A stretch of 64,000 nucleotides of DNA from the IMG/VR virus record IMGVR_UViG_3300045988_110999. One strand, given 5' to 3'. Positions within the stretch are counted from its first letter, which is position 1, and each line of letters starts with the position of its first letter. Source of the DNA: a virus. A program made the translations under genes and the position numbers. Positions 10,301 through 18,645 of this stretch are shown here, one piece after another. Below the pieces are notes generated by a model. That model was not told the origin of the DNA. It saw nothing but the letters and a program-made list of their open reading frames with translations, and ran no database searches.

Positions 10301-12430
10301 GAAATTACCATCGGAGGTGTAATATTTAGAATGGACGCCATTCTTAGCAAAGTCGTCCTTGATAGTCTGTTCTGTTGCCTTTTGTTTCCCTTTCTTTTGG
10401 GTTTCGTAGGAACGTGTTGCGGCGGCAGAACTTGCTCTCAGGGTCTTAGAGATACCGGCGTCGTCCGGGGTAAGGCCTAATTTATTAAGCCGTGCTTTAC
10501 CAGCGTCAGAAATATCTCCACCCTTGGGTTTGTAGAAGTCGCTATGAGTCCCATTCTGTTTGATATCCTCTTGGATAGTGTTTACGGCGGTAGCTACGTT
10601 CTTCGTATGCTGTTCTTTATCAGCTTTACGGTTCGCTACTTCCTGTACGTGGATTTCCTTGCGCTGTGCCGGGAAGAAACCGGTGTTCGGAGAGATGCTA
10701 TTGGCATTATCTAATTCCTGTTGGGAAATAGGAAGGCCCAGTTCATTTTTCTTTTGGATGAGAGCTTGAGCCGTAGCCTGACGGTAACGGTCGTTATTTC
10801 GTTGTTGGAGGATAGCGGCTACTGGCTGTGCGCTCTTATTGTCGGAGATGATAGGGATATTCGGCGATTCTATCATAGCTTTAACGAGGTCATCCCGTTC
10901 CGGGCCCGTCATCATTGCTGTCCCATGTACTGGATTATAGCCAAGGACGCTCGCTTCCCCACTATCAATCAGGTTAGCAATCGCCTGATTAGCTGAATAC
11001 TGGTCGTCGCTCTTCCCGTAAGCTTCCTGTTCAGCTAAATCATACTCCGTTGGGTTATTCATCTTGTCCATGAGCTGTTGCGTGAATTCTTTAGGGCCTG
11101 TTGGTACAGAAGGTTCACTGACTGGTTGAGTAGCTGGGGCTTCCTGAGAGTTCATGGGGATGGCATCTAAATCCTGCTGAGTAAGTTCAGTTTCGTCAAC
11201 GGGGATATTTTCTGTAACCGGAGCTTCGTCTTGAATAGACTCTTCGACATTATGGGTATCATCCTGTGCGTGAACGGCATCATCAATCGGACTGGGAACA
11301 ACCTTTTCTTCACCAGTAGTGTCTACCCGTCTTGCTCTACGATGGCCGATACCACCAAGGAGGCCCATCGGAATCATGCCCATACCAGCCATAAACATCT
11401 GGTCCTTGGATTCATCACCCATTTCAATAGGATTGTAGTTGATATCTTCCCCGGTAAGAGCATTATTCTGGAATTCATTCTGTAAGCCTTCTGTATAGGA
11501 TTCCATAGCCATACCCGGGACACTATGAGTAAGGAGTCGAGTAGAATATCTCTTGTCCGCAAAGTCTGCTACCTTGCCCCCAAAGTCAGACAGGGAGCCG
11601 AGAAGTCCTTTCCCAGCTTCCTGTTCGGTTGATTCTGTCGCTCTACTAAGGAGTCTCTTAGGAGCGTTTGCGGCTCCTTTCAACATGCTCATAGATACGG
11701 CATTAGATGCTACCGACAATCCAATATTATCCATGAAGTCAGTATCCATAGCATTACGAGCTTCTTCTTGTGTAGCCCCGTTCTGAATAGCCTGATTATA
11801 TGTATCGCCTGCTTCTGATGCGGCATCTAAATAACCACCAGCGATGTCACCTGCGATTTTTGGAGCGGCACTGAAAGCTGTTCTAGCAATCCTTGCCCCC
11901 GTACCCAATTCTCCAACATCAGACCCTACGGCAATAGCCTTCTCTAAGGTGGAAGCTGTCTTTGCCAATCTTGCGGCTCTGGCCGCTTTTAAACCAGCTC
12001 CTACTACCGCACCACCAATACCGCCGGTAGCGGCGCCGACGAGAGCAGTGGCGGCCATGTCAGGGGCGGAAGAACCAACAAGATTGAAGGCGGTGTAAGC
12101 AAGGCCGTTTGGGTCTGTGATGAAATCAAAGAGACTATCGTTGCGGGTGAACTGCCGTCTTGCCTGTCTACCTTGGGCAAGAGCATCCCCAAAATCCTCG
12201 AGACCTTGTCCGAACCCGAATTCCTGATTCATATAAGTACCGATAGAACCGAGACTTGACCCCAAACCATTCATAGCGCCGTTAATGGCACTATCTAAGA
12301 ATCCACCATCACCGAATGAATCATAAGTCCCTCCATCATCCGGGGCAATGACACTATCGAGGTATTGGTCATTTGCGGCGGCTCTATCGTATAAGGCCTG
12401 AAGGTAATCTTCTGTAGTTCTTCCTGCCAT
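4391..12430 (-). CDS. Giant (2679 aa) virion-associated/ejection-type multidomain protein with an internal HExxH motif
   Basis: A single uninterrupted ORF. It has a Gly/Ala-rich hydrophobic N-terminus, a very long K/E-rich low-complexity middle, LHETIHSLH (HExxH, codons 8093-8107, aa 1442-1446), and a C-terminal part with hydrophobic segments. It lies next to the peptidoglycan hydrolase genes in the structural block. Confidence 0.75.
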   Translation of the reverse strand: MAGRTTEDYLQALYDRAAANDQYLDSVIAPDDGGTYDSFGDGGFLDSAINGAMNGLGSSLGSIGTYMNQEFGFGQGLEDFGDALAQGRQARRQFTRNDSLFDFITDPNGLAYTAFNLVGSSAPDMAATALVGAATGGIGGAVVGAGLKAARAARLAKTASTLEKAIAVGSDVGELGTGARIARTAFSAAPKIAGDIAGGYLDAASEAGDTYNQAIQNGATQEEARNAMDTDFMDNIGLSVASNAVSMSMLKGAANAPKRLLSRATESTEQEAGKGLLGSLSDFGGKVADFADKRYSTRLLTHSVPGMAMESYTEGLQNEFQNNALTGEDINYNPIEMGDESKDQMFMAGMGMIPMGLLGGIGHRRARRVDTTGEEKVVPSPIDDAVHAQDDTHNVEESIQDEAPVTENIPVDETELTQQDLDAIPMNSQEAPATQPVSEPSVPTGPKEFTQQLMDKMNNPTEYDLAEQEAYGKSDDQYSANQAIANLIDSGEASVLGYNPVHGTAMMTGPERDDLVKAMIESPNIPIISDNKSAQPVAAILQQRNNDRYRQATAQALIQKKNELGLPISQQELDNANSISPNTGFFPAQRKEIHVQEVANRKADKEQHTKNVATAVNTIQEDIKQNGTHSDFYKPKGGDISDAGKARLNKLGLTPDDAGISKTLRASSAAATRSYETQKKGKQKATEQTIKDDFAKNGVHSKYYTSDGNFDSLPNDVKQVITKSAGGEVPPKIRNQIKALSGKALTENRDKTQAIVSKKNHMDTVQHINSSSKNRGVTLDAKKMEGLSVKEQSHQIEMANAKIAKRDKIAEVDAVRGFEKQRVDKSHEITIQSPFARKLSQYANKGRDKEAVTELHNFVENFFNYKKGLGMNRLLSKFPKKYRESVKEAVTSYVNARTQDKYDPLDHIQNIEQKIAEVDRQAKQVSDEKNRERAKRSYENKKEAQRTILKPVEGSSQDLLDIMSKAQGGESESKPKEKPVKELSPATKAKKTRTTINEAKSKGTKEEIKAVHSAGKALAKEIRGKHLANNDPIHYFLHHEELEKKYGERAATLSKDKYKGMYVQRGNVKEHLVPDIISWVNDGPTKVANSVNFPGGKALQNLVKSGKYTQEEVSKAKAEYEKYKKQADTENAKTKAEATESKDRETVNNQGKYIVNTKEERIATPNQLSYKYKDEMVTSSVSDMDVKIPKGEIETFGGDKVKLKDADKQDIADYLADYYNIDTEPDNIKVTKENEVHVTGASRSFFPDDTSQDIFNRLSKEDQEQFLADGHTVKGEDGNVQTDEATSDARGGNRPEHLEGDVVQRNSYPPKRNDAGRSRQKNQEKGQKISGQVHEAGGGLGPEYRLTKLGNKLKKAIHLATPEGVNIDGPTLNKLINDSFEDLPPRLQSKIAEALDDMATVFVYDGQKEKTGALGRTYSEYNVIRIFQDALSGDKNTPTILHETIHSLHAAIERGLGDKEYGMNYITSNNFVDKENDTLKDFEVKYINKLIKQLRDGDGFTNSWKMLVYDHAIINPEFIDYVCDKISRSKTLQNSLRKDRELYDELFVAKTLSQLKLSLESPQYKSQRKGVEGRIINMANKAIDGAGTLSSARASILEKAKVLKPFSNGTFTDKAVKAFLNFIENRNTPSSDALSLKNRIDKQLHKVGIPTHEETAQRAALYAAGVLPGKERMSILQRQFEDPLHIFKKYFPDGMPIYRLADGARRKMEKFVGDYSQKFLDVFKGLDKDERKVFDSLVLKANEMHRDPMQVINLDDGIHLAVRHDAFIEHYDSAPEALKKMQEIRNSGKYRLSKMIQESEENENAGFGKGFTVFALPKGSAAFKSEAAAQKYAKVHEKEAYVSMIRSLSDKPMKSSQVDNVMNSFMKYRDMMDKVYETSVQAAKESGANYKLPKKLNGYFPQIHLPYVVWIKDKDTKTFVRTASFYNASEASKKVKELNRAGQEAYWAEINPINAMAHGDRLAKVDRMTEDQLKQLNDEGLISVSESNNDTGNYNETLKRVFNSLFKEHHTVAVKDVMAHIEKVNRYKSNTGSAAHDNYVKKLQSQIRVTGLYKKLQKMKKDATISQDELNNIINSANMKQQFNPFFQKRSGASGYSQNVADSVYRYLITSGNFISKAKFYAEATAYYTSKYHKDIREEATTNEQKFLKTYIEANHRPTSVTALDRMINDYMNLLAEKDPTGIGSLLRRRYGHNLYTGLAKDTLSLQNLLKLGLFRPASLAVQAFQVLNANAKLGGNKFVGMSKYFRTGLKEATGSKNDAKWKELYDYIGINERSVAIDSEILGRPTGVFDKKILFGKSAKDFTDKSMWFFNVGDKWARKATAIGGYLKAMDDFKALTHDEKKMMLNEAITSWQTKKERARQNHYPFKAPKPTTESVRKEFVFNKTKDLVTETNFNYSVTDSPLAMTEAGVTGKLLLQFKKYPLFTLNFILHNTKEENIRFLVPMFIMAGALGMPCANLVDDIFDKTTGHSPVMALKKGMINWAGGSSAKKALVNVALYGAPSLAGINLSGNIGLGDAIQFDLGPTVSTVSNIAQGNGIIRSLAPRLGALEEAVTGKKENKYGQITAKYTPYDQLLKVFGFRTMAETNSSDATRVMKLATQKYNECKSQAKKEYIKNPNTDNYEALKIYGMSDRDIAKLLKTKDTTAMENSVKTVPKKAKSPAAQEVRDLSKTAQEFVK

Positions 12431-12444
12431 TTAATCCCTCCTAA

Positions 12445-13800
12445 TTAATTGAACAAGCCCGAGAAAAATCTTGTAACTGGGTTATTCGTCCATGTATGGT
12501 CTTGGTCACTCAAGTCCTCCCCAAACTTATCCTTTAATTTGTTTACATAGTTGTCTTCTACTTCTTGTCCGTATGCACTTCCCGGACCACCATCAGGTTC
12601 AAGCATAGACAAAGTGTTAATATTTTCGTACTCAGCGTTTTTGAGAGCTTCTCTAATTTCATCCCCCGTCATACTACCATCGGCGGCGGCATCATATACT
12701 TGCTGGAACGGAGCGCTGAGAGTTTCCTTAATCTTTGCAACATCACCGATAGAATAGTGAGGCGCCTTCCCGGAGCCTCTGCCACCCCCACCTCTGGCCG
12801 CACTTCTAGCCATGGAGAGAGCAAGTTTCTGTTCGTCCAGTTGAGCTTGTCTATCAGCAATAGCCTTCTTGAGATCGAATTCCTTCTTCCAGTTGTCCTG
12901 AGCTTGTTTAGCTTGCTGTTGCTGGAAGTTGTAATTACGTTCAGCATTATTCATTTGTACCTGCGTCTTCAACAGGTCACTGCTATTAACGAACTGGTCA
13001 TCATTCGTCGGTAAGTTGATACCGAACATCTTACCAAGTGCCGCATAACCACGACGATTGTCTACACTGCCACTGCCATTGATAATCTGAGCTAACTGCA
13101 TAGATTGCTTCAACCGAGTCTGCTGATTTGCTTGGTCAATTTGGTCTTTTAAATCTGCGTCACGATTACTATTAAGTTGTTTAGCACTATCCTTCATCCA
13201 CCGGGAGACGTCTGGGTTTAAGAATAGAAGGTCGGTCTGATAATTGCGGTCTGTCAAGTAGTGGGTTCGTTTTTCGTGAGCGTATGACCGAGTCGGTTGG
13301 GATAGGATATCCATAACACTTTGTTGGTCGAACGGTTCATTCGGATTACTTGTTCTTATCTTAGCGGCCAAGTTAATGAACGGATTCCCATTAGCATCCT
13401 TAGCTTGGAAATTGAAACTTCCTCCCTGACCACCAGTCTTAATGATAGCCGTAGGTTGAAGCCCACCCATCTGAGTAGCGTCACTACCGTGTACTATTTG
13501 GTTCTGTGAGCTGGAATTACCGTAATAACCACCATTGCCGTCAGCTAGAACAACGTGGTCGTTGTCGCCGTACACAATTACATCATTAGGATTGTCTGTT
13601 CCTGCTTGGTAAGGTACTACCGGAATTCCCGCCTGTTGGGCATCGGATACCATACCGGGTACTGAATATTGCCCATTATTATATTCATTTGCAAGAAACT
13701 TACTATTACCTGCCCCCATGAGGCCAACGGCTTCCACACATCCATTACTCCCATTCTTCATTGTTTGGCCTAAAAAACCATCTGCGTAAGATATTATCAA
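12445..13800 (-). CDS. Virion-associated cell-wall hydrolase: Cys/His peptidase-like (CHAP/NlpC-like) head plus a shared C-terminal module
   Basis: TTG start is coupled to the upstream stop (TTGA). The N-terminus has NGCVEAVG ... GDNDHVVLADG (Cys...His pattern). The C-terminal 320 aa are paralogous to the C-terminus of 13797-14780 (GSFNFQAKDANGNPF... vs GTFNFQAKDAQSRPF...). Confidence 0.6.
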   Translation of the reverse strand: MIISYADGFLGQTMKNGSNGCVEAVGLMGAGNSKFLANEYNNGQYSVPGMVSDAQQAGIPVVPYQAGTDNPNDVIVYGDNDHVVLADGNGGYYGNSSSQNQIVHGSDATQMGGLQPTAIIKTGGQGGSFNFQAKDANGNPFINLAAKIRTSNPNEPFDQQSVMDILSQPTRSYAHEKRTHYLTDRNYQTDLLFLNPDVSRWMKDSAKQLNSNRDADLKDQIDQANQQTRLKQSMQLAQIINGSGSVDNRRGYAALGKMFGINLPTNDDQFVNSSDLLKTQVQMNNAERNYNFQQQQAKQAQDNWKKEFDLKKAIADRQAQLDEQKLALSMARSAARGGGGRGSGKAPHYSIGDVAKIKETLSAPFQQVYDAAADGSMTGDEIREALKNAEYENINTLSMLEPDGGPGSAYGQEVEDNYVNKLKDKFGEDLSDQDHTWTNNPVTRFFSGLFN

Positions 13801-14780
13801 GCACCTCCCATCATTGAGTACATCTTATTCATGTGATTCAGCTTATCTTGTAAAAGCCCTTGCTGGGCTGTTCTCTGTTGCTGTTCAAACTGAGCTTTCT
13901 GTACCTGCATATTATACTTACGTTCGTTATCTGCGTCCTGTATCATGCTATCGAGCATACCGCTACTGTCAGCATATTGGTCGACGTTGCTAGGAACATC
14001 AACGCCAATGGATTTCATTAACCCTGAATACATTCCTTTGTTATCTACATTATTACTCTTATTAATTAGATTGATTGCGCTAATTCCTTTTCGTAAATTA
14101 TTCTGGAGTATCTGCTGGCCAATATTATCCTTAATTTCGTCAAGCTTGTTCTGCATCAAAGTCTGAGACATTGGCTTGACCAGTTTGGCTACGTCCGGAC
14201 TCATGAAGTTTGTGTCATTAACATAATCACGACTCGTCAACTTCTGTGAATCCATAACGTTCTTAACATCTGGATTAGTTTGAGCCATGATTTCAGAAAT
14301 ACTCTTGTAATCGAAAGGTTCATCAGGGTCACTTGTCCTCAAGTGAGTTAGGATATTTAAGAAAGGACGACTCTGAGCATCCTTTGCTTGAAAGTTGAAT
14401 GTACCTTTCCCTGAACCACCGAGGTTATTATAGTTCTGCTGTACCTGGGCTAGGTACTGGTCAGCCATGGGGCCAGCGCCATTATAAGCTCTGACACCAG
14501 CCCATGTATCACCACCCTGTTCCTCAATCTTCTTCTTCAAGATGAGCATACCAGCTAGAGCATTTTGTTGCGGGTCTGTTGCCCAGTTTGGATATAATTC
14601 ATTGGCCCCATAGTCTGCGGCTGAACCATCGGTAATTTGCATTAGACCGCCACCATCGGCCATATTGATTGCGTTCACATCGTCACCGCCAGTTTCACGA
14701 GCGGCGATAGCAAGAGCAATGTTAGGGTCTATCCCGTATTGGTTTGCCGCATCTATAATGTAGCTTGCTAATTCTGCCAT
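13797..14780 (-). CDS. Virion-associated lytic transglycosylase (SLT domain) plus a shared C-terminal module
   Basis: ALAIAARETGGDD...GGGLMQITDGSAADYG is an SLT/goose-lysozyme-like catalytic motif. The C-terminal module is paralogous to 12445-13800. Confidence 0.8.
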   Translation of the reverse strand: MAELASYIIDAANQYGIDPNIALAIAARETGGDDVNAINMADGGGLMQITDGSAADYGANELYPNWATDPQQNALAGMLILKKKIEEQGGDTWAGVRAYNGAGPMADQYLAQVQQNYNNLGGSGKGTFNFQAKDAQSRPFLNILTHLRTSDPDEPFDYKSISEIMAQTNPDVKNVMDSQKLTSRDYVNDTNFMSPDVAKLVKPMSQTLMQNKLDEIKDNIGQQILQNNLRKGISAINLINKSNNVDNKGMYSGLMKSIGVDVPSNVDQYADSSGMLDSMIQDADNERKYNMQVQKAQFEQQQRTAQQGLLQDKLNHMNKMYSMMGGA

Positions 14781-14789
14781 TAGCCCCTC

Positions 14790-15554
14790 CTACTGACTGA
14801 CGTACTTCTGTAATCCACCAAAGTTGAAATAATTACCGAGAGGCTTTGCGTCCTGTAAAGCTAAGGTAGATGCACTCGGTGTATTCAGTTTTAGGTTTAA
14901 AGGCTGTGCCTGCGGAAGGTTCGCCTGTAAGGGGCCTTGGAGACCTGCATTATACGGGTTGGCACTATTATAATCAACGAACTTCTGATATTTTTTATCG
15001 CCCTTCCCGTTAATCGTTTTTCCTCTGTTCGATTCCTTAAAATTCTTCGTATAGTTGGCTCGGTTTAACCCCATGTTATAAGTTTCAGTCCCCCAATCAG
15101 AGGAGGAGAAATCTACATAAGGGTTGATAGCCTGTGCCGCACTCATTGCCGCCTGGCGATACGGTTGCAAAGCGGCAGACTGTCCACTCTTTGAATAATT
15201 AAGGGCATCCGTCATAGCCGTATCGTTAATTTCAGCTCCGGGATGGACTTTATGAACGTAGTTGACTAATGCCTGATAGTTCTCAGGAGTTGGGTTATCA
15301 TTGTAATTCTTTGCGGCTAACTGGCCTTCATCCTGTTCTCTCTGTTTAGCTTGAGCATATGTGTTGTAAGCCCCTTGGAGAGCTTGGTTCTGCTGGTTCT
15401 GAATATCATAAAGTTCTTGAGCTGTCTGGTTTTCTATCTGTTTTCCGGCTTCACGGCTTGTTCTTGCTTCATAAGCTTTCCCCAAAGCAAGCCCAGCAAT
15501 CTGACCAAGGTTGTACCAAGGGTCAGCTGTTTTATCATTTGGGATATATAACAT
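14790..15554 (-). CDS. Q/N/A-rich hypothetical virion protein
   Basis: 254-aa ORF with an SD, tightly packed in the structural operon. No motif recognised. Confidence 0.6.
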   Translation of the reverse strand: MLYIPNDKTADPWYNLGQIAGLALGKAYEARTSREAGKQIENQTAQELYDIQNQQNQALQGAYNTYAQAKQREQDEGQLAAKNYNDNPTPENYQALVNYVHKVHPGAEINDTAMTDALNYSKSGQSAALQPYRQAAMSAAQAINPYVDFSSSDWGTETYNMGLNRANYTKNFKESNRGKTINGKGDKKYQKFVDYNSANPYNAGLQGPLQANLPQAQPLNLKLNTPSASTLALQDAKPLGNYFNFGGLQKYVSQ

Positions 15555-15564
15555 TTGTTACCTC

Positions 15565-16257
15565 CTATCGTCTACCGCCGAAGAAACTACTACCCATGCC
15601 GACTAAACCTCCCAAGAAGTTGCCAAATCCACCGCCTGACTGAGTAACATAGCCACGGTTGTTATTATTATTACCAATAGCTGTGAGAGCGTCCGTATTC
15701 GATTTCTGAGTACCTGTAGCGGCGCTAAAGTAATCTGTAGCTTGTCTACGGCTCTGTTCTGCGGCCTGAGCTTGTGTATTGAATCCATTTTGTAACCAAT
15801 TTTCTCGTGTATTGAGAAGGTTATTGTAGAGATTTACATCGTTTGTGTAATCTTTACCCATCTGAGCTGACAAATTCTTTTGCCAGTCATTTGTCGCTGT
15901 ATTCAACCGGGAGCTACCAATAACTCCGTTCTTAGCCATCTGCTGAAGCCCCTGTCCCATAGTATTTTCATACAATCGATTATAGTAATTCTGCCTAGCT
16001 GTTTGCCATTGAGAAGGTAAATTACCATCGAGAAGATTCGACTGTCGGTTAAGGATGTCCTGAATGTTCGTGGAGTAGGTGTCAAACACCTTTCCCCAGT
16101 CGGGGTCATACGTTTTTTTAATATTAGACATCCCTTTAGCAATTAGAGCGTCAATACCGGGCTGGATGGTTTGCATATATTTAACTTGTTGTGCATAAAG
16201 CTGTCTTTCTTCCGGTGACAACGGTCTTTCGTGGTACTCGGTTTTACTTTTCCCCAT
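15565..16257 (-). CDS. Q/N-rich hypothetical virion protein with a Gly-rich C-terminus
   Basis: 230-aa ORF ending GGGFGNFLGGLVGMGSSFFGGRR. Operon context. Confidence 0.6.
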   Translation of the reverse strand: MGKSKTEYHERPLSPEERQLYAQQVKYMQTIQPGIDALIAKGMSNIKKTYDPDWGKVFDTYSTNIQDILNRQSNLLDGNLPSQWQTARQNYYNRLYENTMGQGLQQMAKNGVIGSSRLNTATNDWQKNLSAQMGKDYTNDVNLYNNLLNTRENWLQNGFNTQAQAAEQSRRQATDYFSAATGTQKSNTDALTAIGNNNNNRGYVTQSGGGFGNFLGGLVGMGSSFFGGRR

Positions 16258-16615
16258 TTATAACCTCCAATTCAAAAACATATTCTGTGGGCTGGCCATC
16301 TATCTTAATAGAGTCTACTAGGGTAGCACCGCTAAGTTTGGCATAAGCTACAGGGTTCCTTATTGTAAATGTTCTGATTTTCCCTATACCTACATGCTTT
16401 GCCATTCCTTCGTAGATAGATACTATCATTTTGAGATTTCCGCTGGTCGGCCCAACCTCTATAACATTTGGCTTAACTCCGTATGTAGAAAAACTCCCAT
16501 CTGGCATCAATAGCAAAAATGGGAATCTATTTAAATCCCAATCCTCAAAGAAATGAGATTTCAACTTCTTATCGTATTTTTCTATGTAGAACAATACATC
16601 TTTCGTATTAACCAT
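16244..16615 (-). CDS. Hypothetical protein
   Basis: 123-aa ORF overlapping its neighbours by a few codons (translational coupling). Confidence 0.55.
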   Translation of the reverse strand: MVNTKDVLFYIEKYDKKLKSHFFEDWDLNRFPFLLLMPDGSFSTYGVKPNVIEVGPTSGNLKMIVSIYEGMAKHVGIGKIRTFTIRNPVAYAKLSGATLVDSIKIDGQPTEYVFELEVINGEK

Positions 16616-18143
16616 AAGGACTCCCCTCTGAGTTACTTACAACTCCGTCAAATGTCCCTTGCCCCCATTTACTTCCGTGGCTCCAACCGCCACCTCCACC
16701 GGATGAGGTTCCTTCCGATGTCATCGCTACGTATTGCTGGACGATAATGGCGGCCCACAAATGCCATGCAATGATATCATCCGTTTCAAAGGTGAACGTC
16801 ATCTCATCGGCTCTTATTTGTGTCTTGAACTCTTCCTTTTGTTTCTCTTTTGTCCAGTTCCAATCCCAAGACACGTCATTAACCGTTAGTTTAGCTGTGC
16901 CTGCATCATCACTATCTATAATGAGGTGGGAGCGGTATAACGTCATGATATTCAAATCACCGAGGATAGCGGAAACGATTTTCTGATGAATCTTAGTTTC
17001 TTTACCACTTACTACATCGGTATGGTTGGAGAATGACAATTCAAAGAGTTCCTTCCCACATCCAACTAAGGTTTCTTCTTTACCTTCGGCTATCGTCTGA
17101 ATAGGGCTAGGGAAAATCCACTTTGTAAATGCTCCTAATTGGTAATGGTACACATATACTATAGGACCATTATTTGGATTGATAAATAATTGGTGTGTTC
17201 TTTGGCTTTTGAATAACCATGGCGACCCGGTGTCCTTCTTCATCTCTGGGTTCATAGCTTCCCCGATTTCTTGAGTTTTGAAGTTACCGTAAGTTTCCGT
17301 AGTCTGGAGGGAACGAAGTCCTTGCCGGGAGAAATAAACGACATCTTCCCCAAGGTTCGTCATGGCATCCCGGGAAATGAAGTCACTATCCGTACCTACC
17401 AAAGTTACATTCCAGTTTTCCGGTTCATTGGCTATTTTGTAGATACGACCATTAGCTTTGAAGGCGATCAACTCGGAAGCCAGAGGGTAAATCCCAGTCA
17501 CAGCCGAAACGTCGCCTACATCCAAATCCTTCATAGCAGATGGGTCGTTGCTGTTCTCTGTCCAGTTTGTCGGGTCAAGGACGCCTGAATATTTAATATT
17601 GTTCGTGCTGGAGTGCGTAACCAGCAAACGGCTGAATCGTTCCATTACCGTATCACATACCGGGTACTTATCAGATGTATTTATGCTTGTTCCACTGTAT
17701 TCGTAACTTTGTAAAGTGCTGCCACTCGCAATTAGCAATTTTGTCCCGTTGGAATTCGTGAACCGTGCTAATTGAGGCTTGTGGGTCACGTCTCCGTTGA
17801 TAGTGCCTATGAACGTTGGGATCTTTCCGAATTCGTAAGTGTACACACTTTTGTTCTTGAGGAAGATGAGGTAGTTATTCAGTCCATAATCATACCAGAT
17901 ATAAAGAATATCAGCCGGGAAGGTATAGATAGGGGAACCTAATCCTCGGCGGGAGATGAGGCGTTCCCCTTCTGAATCGAATTCCATATTCTCGATAACC
18001 TGAGCTCGGTTTTCTTTGGAATGAAGGAGCCAAGGGTCAGTGGCTACATCCATCCCTCCTACCAGAGAACCGATATCAAACTCCTTGACCCTTTTTGATT
18101 TTCCTACTTGTTTAGCTATTTTCTTCGCCCCCCATATACACAA
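16608..18143 (-). CDS. Hypothetical structural protein (beta-rich, likely tail/adaptor component); start uncertain
   Basis: 511-aa ORF following a terminator. The TTG start at 18143 has no clear SD. Function is assigned by position only. Confidence 0.6.
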   Translation of the reverse strand: MCIWGAKKIAKQVGKSKRVKEFDIGSLVGGMDVATDPWLLHSKENRAQVIENMEFDSEGERLISRRGLGSPIYTFPADILYIWYDYGLNNYLIFLKNKSVYTYEFGKIPTFIGTINGDVTHKPQLARFTNSNGTKLLIASGSTLQSYEYSGTSINTSDKYPVCDTVMERFSRLLVTHSSTNNIKYSGVLDPTNWTENSNDPSAMKDLDVGDVSAVTGIYPLASELIAFKANGRIYKIANEPENWNVTLVGTDSDFISRDAMTNLGEDVVYFSRQGLRSLQTTETYGNFKTQEIGEAMNPEMKKDTGSPWLFKSQRTHQLFINPNNGPIVYVYHYQLGAFTKWIFPSPIQTIAEGKEETLVGCGKELFELSFSNHTDVVSGKETKIHQKIVSAILGDLNIMTLYRSHLIIDSDDAGTAKLTVNDVSWDWNWTKEKQKEEFKTQIRADEMTFTFETDDIIAWHLWAAIIVQQYVAMTSEGTSSGGGGGWSHGSKWGQGTFDGVVSNSEGSPYG

Positions 18144-18176
18144 AAATAGGCCGTTACTGTTTATCAGTAACGGCCT
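18141..18176 (-). terminator. Intrinsic terminator
   Basis: 11-bp stem AGGCCGTTACT/AGTAACGGCCT (18148-18176) followed on the minus strand by ATTTTTG. Confidence 0.75.
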
Positions 18177-18182
18177 AAAAGG

Positions 18183-18635
18183 TTAGATTTCGTGTGTGGC
18201 TAGATATGTCCTAATAACTTTGTCGTCCGGGGCGTCAGGGTCTTCAATATATGCTTTAGCTAATCCAACATACATCGCAATATTATCGCCAATAACTTCA
18301 AAATAATCGCTTCTAACCATGTTTAACACGTACCACCAGTCATATTCATTAGCGTTACAGCCGTACTGGTTACGCACTGCTAACGCACTCTCAAATGACC
18401 AAAACCCGCCGTGGCTTCCATCTACATTTGTCATTTCTTCCACGGCTTTCTTTGCAAGACATTCACAAAAATGATTCCCGTACACTTCTTTGTGAAGCTT
18501 TAAATACATATCTTTGTATTCTTCGGGACAACATCTTTTAATTGACTTCTCAAAATGTTCCAAAACCTCAAAGATTATATCTTGCTTTTTGGGGTCATTC
18601 GCTACTTTTTTATAAAGCTTTGAAATTTCTCCCAT
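18183..18635 (-). CDS. Hypothetical protein
   Basis: 150-aa ORF with an SD. No confident family assignment. Confidence 0.6.
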   Translation of the reverse strand: MGEISKLYKKVANDPKKQDIIFEVLEHFEKSIKRCCPEEYKDMYLKLHKEVYGNHFCECLAKKAVEEMTNVDGSHGGFWSFESALAVRNQYGCNANEYDWWYVLNMVRSDYFEVIGDNIAMYVGLAKAYIEDPDAPDDKVIRTYLATHEI

Positions 18636-18645
18636 AGGCTCCTCC

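Noticed and set aside
4391-12430. Idea that the giant protein is a tape measure or an N4-like virion RNA polymerase
   Set aside because: I could not find tail tube, sheath or chaperone genes. I also could not find T7-like polymerase motifs (R...K...YG, HDS) or a DxDGD motif. DGDG at RDGDGF does not fit. It is left as unassigned multidomain.
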